DNA of 64,000 bases. It comes from Leptolyngbyaceae cyanobacterium (GTDB taxonomy: Bacteria > Cyanobacteriota > Cyanobacteriia > Phormidesmidales > Phormidesmidaceae). The stretch covers positions 18,255 through 82,254 of the forward strand of contig CBDHHL010000035.1 in NCBI GenBank assembly GCA_965263355.1, written 5' to 3'. The notes under the pieces were generated by a model. It saw only the letters and a program-made list of their open reading frames with translations. It made no database searches and was not told the origin of the DNA. Positions 45,520 to 54,144 of the stretch are shown one piece after another; within the stretch, counting starts at the first letter, position 1; every line of letters begins with the position of its first letter. The position numbers and the translations under genes were made by a program.

Positions 45520-46980
45520 TTGACCGCAAACAGTAGTTTCGACCCATCTCAGGCCATTGGGTATTATCGTGTTTCGACGCAACGGCAGGAGCAAGAGGGC
45601 CATAGTCCCGAGCGTTATTTAGAGCGTCTTGAAGCGGTCGGCATTGCTCCTACTGATATTTATTCTGATGCTGAATCCGGCGGCATATTCGAACGCAAGG
45701 ATTTACAAAAAGCATTAGCCAGGTTGAAAAATCCTAATAAGAAATACTTTGTAGTCCCGTATCACTCCAGGGGTCATCGAGATATTGGAGTATGGGTAAA
45801 AATCAGGGATGCACTTTTAGAAAATGACTGCCAATTAATCGAGCTGGACAAAGGGATCAAGCCTATCGATCTGACCAGTGCAGCCGGGAACCTGCAAGCT
45901 AACCTGGATGCCACATTTGCACAGCATCAACGAGACCAAGCACGGGAGCACAGTGTAAAAGGGCACGCATTCAGGCGTAGTCAAAACAGGATAGTTAATC
46001 CGCCATTTGGCTATAAAAAGGACAGCGATCAGCGGCTAGTAATTAATGATGACATTTTCCCTGGTTCTGACGGAAAGACTTATCGGGAAATCGCTATCGA
46101 AATGATCGATACGTTAATTGAGCTTGGAGGGTATCGGGCCACTATTCGGGCAATGTGCGGTCGTTATGGCGAAAAGCATCCTGAGAGATGGGGAGTCGCT
46201 AAAAACTTCCCTGTCAGTACTAAGGGATTTATGAGGTGGGTCCAGTCTCCCGTGATTCGTGGTTATCTGGTTGATTCCCCTGGCAAGCCTAATGAGCTAG
46301 TCAGGAAGGGAGGCCATGAGGCGATTATGGATCCTGACCGATGGCGAGCTGTGCAAGTAACTGTCGAAAATATTGCCTCTGCCCCTAATCCGATGAACGA
46401 TGGGAAGCCCAGAAGCAGAAAGCCATTGGCTGGCAAGATTAAATGCGGCTTATGCGGTGGTCGGCATAATAACAGCACAGTCCATAGGCAGGGGAAAACG
46501 TATTCATATCTGGTTTGCCGTGGAGGAGCAGAATCAACCATTAACAGTCGAGTGAAAAGACAGTGCCCTTATAAAAATTCAATTAAAACGGATCAATTCT
46601 TCAAGGAAGTGATTTCACAAGTTTGCGCTAGGGCGCTCGAAATTGCTCAAGAATTTGCTGAGCCGAACACTGAAGTGAACCCAGAAATAATAAAACTCAG
46701 AAACCAGATACAACAGCTACAGGCAATGGCGGATCCGGAATTGAGTGGAGTGATCCAGGTTAAGCAGCAGCAACTATCAAAGCTAGAGCAAGCCACTGGG
46801 CAAGACGTAGATCCAAACGACGTTGACATTTACGAAACGGTTGCTGCTGATCCTGAATTCTGGGAAGAACTAGCCCCCAGTGAACTAAGGATAATTCTTG
46901 ACTCACTAATCAAGCAGGTTGTTGTTCATGGGAAACAACTTTCGCCACAACAACGGGTAAAGGTTCAATTTTACCGTTAG
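45520..46980 (+). CDS. Large serine recombinase (phage integrase)
   Basis: GYYRVST catalytic Ser, D..SG, SRGHR, PFGY recombinase domain, Zn ribbon CGLCG...YLVC, coiled coil. Confidence 0.9.
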   Translation: MTANSSFDPSQAIGYYRVSTQRQEQEGHSPERYLERLEAVGIAPTDIYSDAESGGIFERKDLQKALARLKNPNKKYFVVPYHSRGHRDIGVWVKIRDALLENDCQLIELDKGIKPIDLTSAAGNLQANLDATFAQHQRDQAREHSVKGHAFRRSQNRIVNPPFGYKKDSDQRLVINDDIFPGSDGKTYREIAIEMIDTLIELGGYRATIRAMCGRYGEKHPERWGVAKNFPVSTKGFMRWVQSPVIRGYLVDSPGKPNELVRKGGHEAIMDPDRWRAVQVTVENIASAPNPMNDGKPRSRKPLAGKIKCGLCGGRHNNSTVHRQGKTYSYLVCRGGAESTINSRVKRQCPYKNSIKTDQFFKEVISQVCARALEIAQEFAEPNTEVNPEIIKLRNQIQQLQAMADPELSGVIQVKQQQLSKLEQATGQDVDPNDVDIYETVAADPEFWEELAPSELRIILDSLIKQVVVHGKQLSPQQRVKVQFYR

Positions 46981-47037
46981 GGTATTTTTTCTCGTAATAC
47001 TGTTTGGCGCGTTGCGTGAAGATCTCTTTAGCACTTG

Positions 47038-47295
47038 TCACCGTCTTCCTCCCAGCTTAAAACAGCGTTCTAAATGCTCCTCAGTCCCCAGCTTTGCAGC
47101 TGCCCGCCACTGCTCCGTGCGTCGCCGATCTTGCAGGGATATCCAGTAGACGACCATCGTCGTTATCCCAACAGCCAACAGAGCGAATGGCAAGATAATT
47201 ATCCCGAATATTATTTCCGGCCATGACGCCCCATCAGGCTCAGGCTCAGGGCGAGGATATTGTAAATTCATTTTGTTTTGATTCCAGACTGTCAT
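47038..47295 (-). CDS. Small membrane protein
   Basis: Hydrophobic segment IIFGIIILPFALLAVGITTMVVYWI. Confidence 0.5.
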   Translation of the reverse strand: MTVWNQNKMNLQYPRPEPEPDGASWPEIIFGIIILPFALLAVGITTMVVYWISLQDRRRTEQWRAAAKLGTEEHLERCFKLGGRR

Positions 47296-47549
47296 GCTGC
47301 CTCCCGCCGTCGCTGGACAAATTGATTGTTTCGGCCTCGCGCATCTTTAGTGATTGCCCCCCTTTGGCCATACCAAAACATGAGCTGGGCTGTCGATTGA
47401 GCCCCTACTCTATTAACAGCTAGCTTGATGTGAGAGCGAATCACAACAGGGGTTATTCCTAGTTTGCTCGCAATTTTTTTGTTATGCATTCCCTGAGCCA
47501 TCATTGAAACAATGCTGTGCTGTCTTGGCGTTAGTTCAAGTGGATTCAT
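47292..47549 (-). CDS. LuxR-type HTH protein
   Basis: LTPRQ...MAQGMHNKKIASKLGIT...H; ATG 47549 overlaps the upstream stop. Confidence 0.8.
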   Translation of the reverse strand: MNPLELTPRQHSIVSMMAQGMHNKKIASKLGITPVVIRSHIKLAVNRVGAQSTAQLMFWYGQRGAITKDARGRNNQFVQRRREAA

Positions 47550-48511
47550 GCTGTCAATACCTCCCAAATATCCAGTTGTTTTTTGCTTGTAGTTTTTCGA
47601 CCGTCTACGTAGGCCTCGCCGTCCACAGGCAAGCAAGCTGGAGACAGCCAGAGTGTTTCTAGTTCTCGATTGTTGTTGTTCTTTCCTGCATATCCTTTGC
47701 CACATTTCCAGCGCACTTTACGCCAGTCTCCAGGCATCTCATGTTCGCCTTCATAGCCGCACAACACGATCCTTAGGCTAGGGTTTTTCCCGTTCTCCGT
47801 GGCCCATTCTCGAACTTTTTCGCTCACTTCAGTTTCTACTGAGTAAAGATCTGCTCTTAAATCCTGACGATAGGGTGGGTCTAACAAAATCGCTGTAAGC
47901 CCTAATTTATGGGTAGGAGATGAGCCTAAAACCCGTTGCCAGTCCCCACAACAAACACGAACACGCCGCAGCCTGTCAGCCAGTGCATGAAGATACTCAA
48001 GCAAGTCCCCCTGTCCAGGGTCACCTAAATGAGGTCTTTTGCGATGGACTCCCTGTCCAGGGTCACCTAAATGAGGCCGCTTCAATGCAGCGACCTCATT
48101 TAGGTGGCACCAACCCGAGCCAATCCAGCAGCACAGCCCCCACACCCACCAGCCAGCAACCTTGACATCGTAAAAGTCAGGATCTCTTAGCATCTTTTCC
48201 CTGAAGTCAGCACGAGAGATCAGCCAATTATGCCGAGCATGCAAGTCAGCTTCATTCACTGGCTGATCGCACCAATGGGAAACGCTATCAGGGTCATGCT
48301 GCAATGCACGCCAAAAATTGGCGACATAACAATCTAAGTCGTTGACTGTTTCAGTATGTTGCAACGGATCGTACCCTTCCCGTAACAACACAGTGGCCAG
48401 ACTGCCCGCGAACGGTTCTACATAGTTTGGGACGTCCCCAAACGCTTGCCAGATCAAATGGGCGGCTCGACTTTTCCCGCCAAACCAAGGGAAAGGTGCT
48501 TTAAGCTTCAT
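47546..48511 (-). CDS. D12-class (Dam-like) N6-adenine DNA methyltransferase
   Basis: FPWFGGKS, YVEPFAGS, VNDLD, LDPPY; internal KRPHLGDPGQG duplication. Confidence 0.88.
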   Translation of the reverse strand: MKLKAPFPWFGGKSRAAHLIWQAFGDVPNYVEPFAGSLATVLLREGYDPLQHTETVNDLDCYVANFWRALQHDPDSVSHWCDQPVNEADLHARHNWLISRADFREKMLRDPDFYDVKVAGWWVWGLCCWIGSGWCHLNEVAALKRPHLGDPGQGVHRKRPHLGDPGQGDLLEYLHALADRLRRVRVCCGDWQRVLGSSPTHKLGLTAILLDPPYRQDLRADLYSVETEVSEKVREWATENGKNPSLRIVLCGYEGEHEMPGDWRKVRWKCGKGYAGKNNNNRELETLWLSPACLPVDGEAYVDGRKTTSKKQLDIWEVLTA

Positions 48512-48690
48512 GCCTCACCCTCCACAACCGCTACATAGCCTTGCTTCAGTAAAGCCTGGAATCTCTGAAAGTCAGTTAACCCAACCGCCCACGCGTGCTT
48601 ATTTAGCGGCTGCCATGACTCGGTTGGAGTATCACGAAAAACTGGATATGCCCTGTCTGCCGTGCTTTTTTGCCAAGTTATTTGCTTCAT
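48508..48690 (-). CDS. Hypothetical protein
   Basis: 60 aa, ATGA-coupled at both ends. Confidence 0.55.
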   Translation of the reverse strand: MKQITWQKSTADRAYPVFRDTPTESWQPLNKHAWAVGLTDFQRFQALLKQGYVAVVEGEA

Positions 48691-49262
48691 AGCTCAGGTT
48701 GAACATCGACACGATTAATGCTGTCTTTTGTGGTGAAACCTTCAGGGAATCGTTTTTTAAGCTTGTCGATATTAGCTTCCTGAATGTTGTCAAGCAGGAG
48801 ACCTATCTTGGTCGCAATAGCCGCCTGATACCAGGCCACATCGCCAAGCTCTTTCCTCCACTTAATACGGCCTTCTAACCCTTGCGCATTTTCAAAAGCC
48901 ATATTCAATGGCAATTCTTGAAGCAATTCAGCCAGCTCTGACGATTCGCCCAGCAGTCCAATGACATTCCATAAAATCATGGTGTTTTGATCTGTCAGCT
49001 GCAACGACTGTGTTGTTTTTTCGTTCTCAAAAATATCAGTCAAATCATCAAGAAGCTTTTCCCCGTCATCCAAAAAGTCGGCGGTATCGTAACTTTGATG
49101 CCTATGCAAAATATTCTTTTTGAGTTTTTCGGTCAGCTCTCCTAGCCGCGCATGCATCGCCAATACAGTATTCAGTATGCTGATTTCTGAGTTGCTTAAC
49201 GGCTGCTCAGGTCCATCAATCAATGTTCTCGCCGCTAGTTTCTGGTATTCGTTGCTATCCAT
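48687..49262 (-). CDS. MazG-like nucleotide pyrophosphohydrolase
   Basis: EYQKLAART, GLLGESSEL, KELGDVAWY, NIDKLKKRFPEGF. Confidence 0.85.
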   Translation of the reverse strand: MDSNEYQKLAARTLIDGPEQPLSNSEISILNTVLAMHARLGELTEKLKKNILHRHQSYDTADFLDDGEKLLDDLTDIFENEKTTQSLQLTDQNTMILWNVIGLLGESSELAELLQELPLNMAFENAQGLEGRIKWRKELGDVAWYQAAIATKIGLLLDNIQEANIDKLKKRFPEGFTTKDSINRVDVQPEL

Positions 49263-49274
49263 GGGTCTCTCCTT

Positions 49275-49652
49275 TTACGACAAATCCAAACTCATTTGTA
49301 CAGTTGTTTCAACATGGGCAGCTCCACACTGCTGCAGCGCCTGAATTTCAGCCATCACTTGCTTAGGCGTAACAAAGCGCTCGCCTCCGTTCTTTTTGGT
49401 GCCTACCCAGTCAGAACAGAACTTTTCAATATCAAAATTCTCTAGCCCATCCTCACCAACTCGCTCAACCATAAGGGCAAAGCGGATAAAGTGAGCCGTG
49501 TTAATCACGCCTTGGTCCCACCAACGGATTAAGTCATACTGGCTTACTTTGATCGGCGCTCGGCTGTATTTCAGCTCGACTTTTTCACTCAGATCTTCAT
49601 GAGTCAGTTGCCCTGGCACGGTGTCGGGCGATGTGGTTAATGTTATCGTCAT
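49275..49652 (-). CDS. Hypothetical protein
   Basis: 125 aa, coupled. Confidence 0.6.
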   Translation of the reverse strand: MTITLTTSPDTVPGQLTHEDLSEKVELKYSRAPIKVSQYDLIRWWDQGVINTAHFIRFALMVERVGEDGLENFDIEKFCSDWVGTKKNGGERFVTPKQVMAEIQALQQCGAAHVETTVQMSLDLS

Positions 49653-50065
49653 GCTATTTTCTCCAACAAATTTAACTGTCCTGTTCTCTCTGCCTTAACC
49701 TGTCGCTTCCGAAATCTCGAACTAGTCGAGTTGTCATACTCCAAATGACACACAGAGCACAACGCCTTGAGGTTGGCGCGATTGCAATTAGCGGGATTAT
49801 GGTTGAGATGAGCCACGGTAAGAACAAAACGGGTGGGCTTTTGAATCTTCATGAGTCCAAACTCTTCCGCATCTTCCCACTCTTCTGTGGGCCAACACTC
49901 CTCAAGTACGCCATTCCAGTTAATGCGTTGCATCATGCCCTGTAATGACTCTCCAGGCTTACGACATGGCCTACCACACTCCTCGCAGCGCCAGTTAGCC
50001 TGTTGCTTGACTCCGTGCGCTATTTCCTCCCAGTTGTCGGGGTATAAGCTCCTGTCCCAAGTCAT
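49649..50065 (-). CDS. HNH-family protein
   Basis: YPDNW...CEECG...LTVAHLNHNPANC...NLKALCSVCHL. Confidence 0.8.
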   Translation of the reverse strand: MTWDRSLYPDNWEEIAHGVKQQANWRCEECGRPCRKPGESLQGMMQRINWNGVLEECWPTEEWEDAEEFGLMKIQKPTRFVLTVAHLNHNPANCNRANLKALCSVCHLEYDNSTSSRFRKRQVKAERTGQLNLLEKIA

Positions 50066-50262
50066 CTAAGCCACCTCACGCTCATAGTCGGCAGGACCCA
50101 TAAGATCTCGTTCTCACTCTTTCTCAATTTCGGCCAATGCCATCGCCACAGCTTGGGCTCAAAGAACTGATAGCGAGTGCCCGTAATCCAATGTTCGTCA
50201 AATGTTTCTCGTTTCATAATTCCTCGTCATTTCACTAACTTCTTTGAATTTGAATAGATCCT

Positions 50263-50808
50263 TTAGTCTTGAAACACCTCAATAACTTTTCCATCTTCAT
50301 TTCCTAATAAAAAGCCAACAGTTATTAATTGCACTTTGGGCCTATAAACTGAGCGACCATTCCTTTTTACTTTTCGCCACCCCCACAGCTCCAATGTGGT
50401 GTTACCTGCAGACAACCACAATGCACAAGTCTCTGAATTTTCTTTGAGCTTATTAATATGTGGATTCCAGTCAGTAGCACACGCCTGTAATGCTCTGATT
50501 TTAGTATTCTTGAAACCCTCAAAATAAGAACTTAAATTGCCAAAAATTTCGCCAGGATTATAATCACACTCAATAGCAATTGCATCAAAAATCCCAAACA
50601 TATCTTTCTTGCATCCACTGTGATGATTGAAGCTTTCAACATCAGCAACTATCAAGCGCTTTCCCTGATGCCGTGCGATTGCCTTGACTGTTCGCATGGT
50701 TTTTATCCTCGTGTTCCCCATCTTACTGAACGACTGCAATGGGGCAACGCGATTAGATTTTAACTCTTTTAATTTAGGATATTTGTTAATATTTAATGTA
50801 GCTGACAT
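50263..50808 (-). CDS. Putative PD-(D/E)xK nuclease-like protein
   Basis: KDMFGIFDAIAI...ALQAC...LELWGWRK. Confidence 0.55.
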   Translation of the reverse strand: MSATLNINKYPKLKELKSNRVAPLQSFSKMGNTRIKTMRTVKAIARHQGKRLIVADVESFNHHSGCKKDMFGIFDAIAIECDYNPGEIFGNLSSYFEGFKNTKIRALQACATDWNPHINKLKENSETCALWLSAGNTTLELWGWRKVKRNGRSVYRPKVQLITVGFLLGNEDGKVIEVFQD

Positions 50809-51356
50809 TAACTTACCTCCAGCAAATTTAACTGCTGTTCTTGCGCACTTCGTGAATCAGTTCGTCTATCTTTTTTCTCAAGCACGGCTAAACATTTAAC
50901 AGGGCACTTAAACAAACGATTAGACTCATTCCTGACTGCTGCCATCGCATCTAACCCGGCACCTTCTGTTAGTTCGATAACGTGTTTTTGTAAAAGCTCT
51001 TCAGTTGTTTTGCTGGCAACTTCACACGCCTTAAATCGTGCTTCAATCTGTTTAATTCGATTACGTTTATGGCTATCTTGAGCGATTTTTAACTGTTCGG
51101 CTAACCAATCTAAGTACGGACCCATCACTATCAAAACCGTGTCGCCCGTCATTGGCCAGAAACTAAATGGCTCTACTTTGCAACGGGGCATCTGTTGGCT
51201 AGTGGTGATGTCTACTAGATCCACATAAGCTTGGTGGTCTTCTTTATTGATCATGCGATCAACAACGCGATATGGGCGTTCATGACTGGAATCCCCACGG
51301 ATGCATATCAACTCATCAATGCGCGGAAGGTTGTTTTTGTCTGTACTAAAAAACAT
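50808..51356 (-). CDS. Hypothetical protein
   Basis: 182 aa with AGGAG RBS. Confidence 0.6.
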   Translation of the reverse strand: MFFSTDKNNLPRIDELICIRGDSSHERPYRVVDRMINKEDHQAYVDLVDITTSQQMPRCKVEPFSFWPMTGDTVLIVMGPYLDWLAEQLKIAQDSHKRNRIKQIEARFKACEVASKTTEELLQKHVIELTEGAGLDAMAAVRNESNRLFKCPVKCLAVLEKKDRRTDSRSAQEQQLNLLEVS

Positions 51357-51377
51357 CAGAAGCTCCTTGAGTATTAA

Positions 51378-51670
51378 GTGGCCGGGGGTGGCCAGGGGTG
51401 GATCACGGGTGGCCAGGGGTGGCCAAAAACTTGAAAGTACTGAGATTAAAGGGCTGTAGCCAGGGTGGCCAGGGTGGCCAGGGGTCCGGGGTAAAAAAGC
51501 AAAGTAGCAGGATTTGATTTTTTTTTTGACTAAAAACGCTCGAAAATTTCATCTTTGTCTGAAGCTAATCTTTTACCCTGGCCACCCTGGCCACCCTGGC
51601 CACCCCCGGCCTGCGGTCGTTCTAGCGATATAGACTTTTCGGCCACCAGGTGGCCACCCTGGCCACCTGG
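51378..51670. repeat. Inverted clusters of GGTGGCCAGG iterons; putative replication origin
   Basis: About 6 copies on + at 51378-51482 and about 6 inverted copies at 51576-51670, flanking an A/T-rich tract, at the end of the SF3 helicase gene. Confidence 0.7.
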
Positions 51671-53356
51671 CTTTATTTCGGTTCGATGCTCTTTTGTGGG
51701 CTCCCACTGAGAAAAAAGTTCTAGGCTGCCTTCTTGGCATGATTGCTTTCTGCAGATAAGGTTATTTCGACTTAGCCCTGTTGCAGGATCTTCGTCTTGT
51801 TCAAAGACTCCAGAAATTGCTTGAATCCAAGACCATTTAGCTGGCAATCTTTTTAGTTTGCCGTCGTTGCCCCTTTCTTCAGTCTCACCCGGCTTCGCTC
51901 GTCGTCTAGGTGTGTAGTGTTTTGGGATAATGGTTTTCAAGTGGCTAATAAACTTTGGTTGCCCTTTTGGGGTAAGCGAATGAGCCTTGCAGTAGGCCGT
52001 GTACCAATCGTGGATAAGCCCTGGATGGACAATCGGCTCAGCGGCTTTACTGCCAAAAGGAATAGGAATTAAGCATCTATCAACAAAGCTCGCAACACTG
52101 TCACCATGGGTTTTAGATTCGTGCATTGATGTAGCGATACGGTCTGAGTAATCCCATGGTTTTTTAATGACTTGATTGCGCTCTTTTTTGTCCATCGACA
52201 ATGCCCACGCTATAATTCCTGCCCTGTTTTCTTCTAATTGATTTTCTAAATTAGGGATCTCTGAACTTTCCGTTCTGCGTTGAGTTAATAATGGAATTAC
52301 TCGTCGATCCCAGCCCCCAGCCGAGTTTTCCAGCTGAAGGTATTCAACTGAAGCGATCGCAAATCGTACGTCCCACTGGATGCTATAAGCTGCCGACGAG
52401 AACAACGCTCGGCCTGACATGGGGCCATTATCAACAAGTTCGTAAAATGCTTCTAACCCTTTTTGGTACCCTTGAATGTCTGGAATCACGTAAAGGCTTG
52501 CGCCTTGTAGATTTTGATGACGTTTGTCAGCGTCAATAAATTCACTAAATGAATTACCAGACCTGGCGCTGTCTTCGCCGAAAAGTTTCTGAAGCAATCG
52601 AATCATTACTCCTTTACCTGATCCAGATGGCCCAACAATATGAATGAACTTCCCCCATGGAGCAGTGGGATCTAAGATCATGCTGATAGCAGCGCGCACT
52701 ATCAGCACCATGTCTTCACCGTAGCTACTAAGAAGAAAATCCATGAAGACCTGAGGGCATTGAGCGTCAGGGTCGTAATCACATGAAATAGCACTAGTTA
52801 AATAATGATCTGGTGAATGCTGGGTAGTTGCGCCCGTACGCATGTCAACAGTGCAATTCTTAAATGCCCGTAAATGCTTATTGCTTGGGAGTGATTTTGA
52901 TAGCTTCGTCAAAATACTTCTCGCGTACTTCAACCCGCTGCTAGCCGCTGAAATAGACCCACAATATCTTTTGTATCGAGCATTCTTAGGCCCTATCCAC
53001 TTGAATGTCTTGTCTGTAGTTAGAGTGATAGCCTTAAGAACATCCTGATCAGGTACAGCCGACCAGTACCCGTGGTCTCTGTTGTACTGATAGAACGCAT
53101 CATTTAAGACTGTATAACTCCCTTTCCCGAAACAGCATCGATACAAATGCATATCCATTGTTATAGACGGCTTTAACTCATGCTCACTTTCGCTAACTTG
53201 CTTTTTTTCTTTTTCTTGTCGTTTTAGTCGTTGATATCGCGAGGCAAATTCTTTGGCCTCGCGATCAATTGGCTTGAATTGAGTAGCGTTAAGCCCAGAA
53301 ATCTTCTGAAGCTCAGCCATATACATCTGCAATTCAGCCGTACTAATTTTTTTCAT
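51530..53356 (-). CDS. D5/P4-type SF3 helicase
   Basis: AFKNCTVDM...HSPDHYLT (D5_N-like), Walker A GPSGSGKG, GWDRR. Confidence 0.85.
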   Translation of the reverse strand: MKKISTAELQMYMAELQKISGLNATQFKPIDREAKEFASRYQRLKRQEKEKKQVSESEHELKPSITMDMHLYRCCFGKGSYTVLNDAFYQYNRDHGYWSAVPDQDVLKAITLTTDKTFKWIGPKNARYKRYCGSISAASSGLKYARSILTKLSKSLPSNKHLRAFKNCTVDMRTGATTQHSPDHYLTSAISCDYDPDAQCPQVFMDFLLSSYGEDMVLIVRAAISMILDPTAPWGKFIHIVGPSGSGKGVMIRLLQKLFGEDSARSGNSFSEFIDADKRHQNLQGASLYVIPDIQGYQKGLEAFYELVDNGPMSGRALFSSAAYSIQWDVRFAIASVEYLQLENSAGGWDRRVIPLLTQRRTESSEIPNLENQLEENRAGIIAWALSMDKKERNQVIKKPWDYSDRIATSMHESKTHGDSVASFVDRCLIPIPFGSKAAEPIVHPGLIHDWYTAYCKAHSLTPKGQPKFISHLKTIIPKHYTPRRRAKPGETEERGNDGKLKRLPAKWSWIQAISGVFEQDEDPATGLSRNNLICRKQSCQEGSLELFSQWEPTKEHRTEIKPGGQGGHLVAEKSISLERPQAGGGQGGQGGQGKRLASDKDEIFERF

Positions 53357-54114
53357 GCAGCAGCATCTCCCATAAGATATGCGTGCTTAGCTGCTACTCG
53401 GATACACTCAGCTCGAAGACGGGAAGGATAATTTGCAAATCGCTTTGACCATTCCCACAAAAACTGATCTGGCCACATAGCTGTATTTAATAAATCCTGA
53501 TATTCTTCAGCAGTGTGACCCAGCTTGAAATATTCACACAATCCACCCTTTGGAAACCCTTCTAATTCAGGGACTAATTGAATTTTGCCGTTGCAGTGAT
53601 GAGCACCTTTAATTAAAGCTGAAGCTACTTTAGGGTTTTTCCAGCCATCGCTATCAAATAATATGATTAGTTTGTTGTCAGGTTGAAGGGCTTTAGAAGT
53701 GTGGGACACCCCCGCCAAGCACCCTGTCGGAGTGCGGCCATGCAGTGTTCCAGCCCAAGCGTCTTTAGCACCTTCTGTGATGACTAAGCATCCCTTAGGT
53801 AACATTGCTTCCGCACGGGCCTTAATGGGAGTCAAATATTTAGCTGGTTTGCTACCACGCATTGGTGGATTGTCGCACCTGATTTGAGCAAAGGTTCTAG
53901 TAAATGGAAATTTCAACCCAGACGAAGATATGTATTGATTGTTCTCCGCGTCCCAAACCTTGAATCCCTCTTTAAGGGATTGCATCTTAGTAAGAGATTT
54001 AACCCCGGCTTGCTCCATTTCCCAAATGTGGTCAGGGCTAAATCCTTCTTCTAGTAGATGAGTGTAGTGCTCTGTCACTAGCTCGGTGTCTAGCGTTTGG
54101 GCGATTTTAGTCAT
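53353..54114 (-). CDS. DUF3854-like TOPRIM primase
   Basis: KYLTP, VITEGAKDA, ILFDSD...NPKV, KGG. Confidence 0.8.
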   Translation of the reverse strand: MTKIAQTLDTELVTEHYTHLLEEGFSPDHIWEMEQAGVKSLTKMQSLKEGFKVWDAENNQYISSSGLKFPFTRTFAQIRCDNPPMRGSKPAKYLTPIKARAEAMLPKGCLVITEGAKDAWAGTLHGRTPTGCLAGVSHTSKALQPDNKLIILFDSDGWKNPKVASALIKGAHHCNGKIQLVPELEGFPKGGLCEYFKLGHTAEEYQDLLNTAMWPDQFLWEWSKRFANYPSRLRAECIRVAAKHAYLMGDAAA

Positions 54115-54144
54115 GTAACTACTCCTTAACGAGTTTCAGGAAAA

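Noticed and set aside
42558..46980. CRISPR-associated transposon (type V-K CAST)
   Set aside because: No tnsB, tnsC or tniQ is visible, and the RuvC catalytic residues are intact, unlike Cas12k
51378..51670. Second CRISPR array
   Set aside because: Units of 9-11 nt without unique spacers; iteron-like
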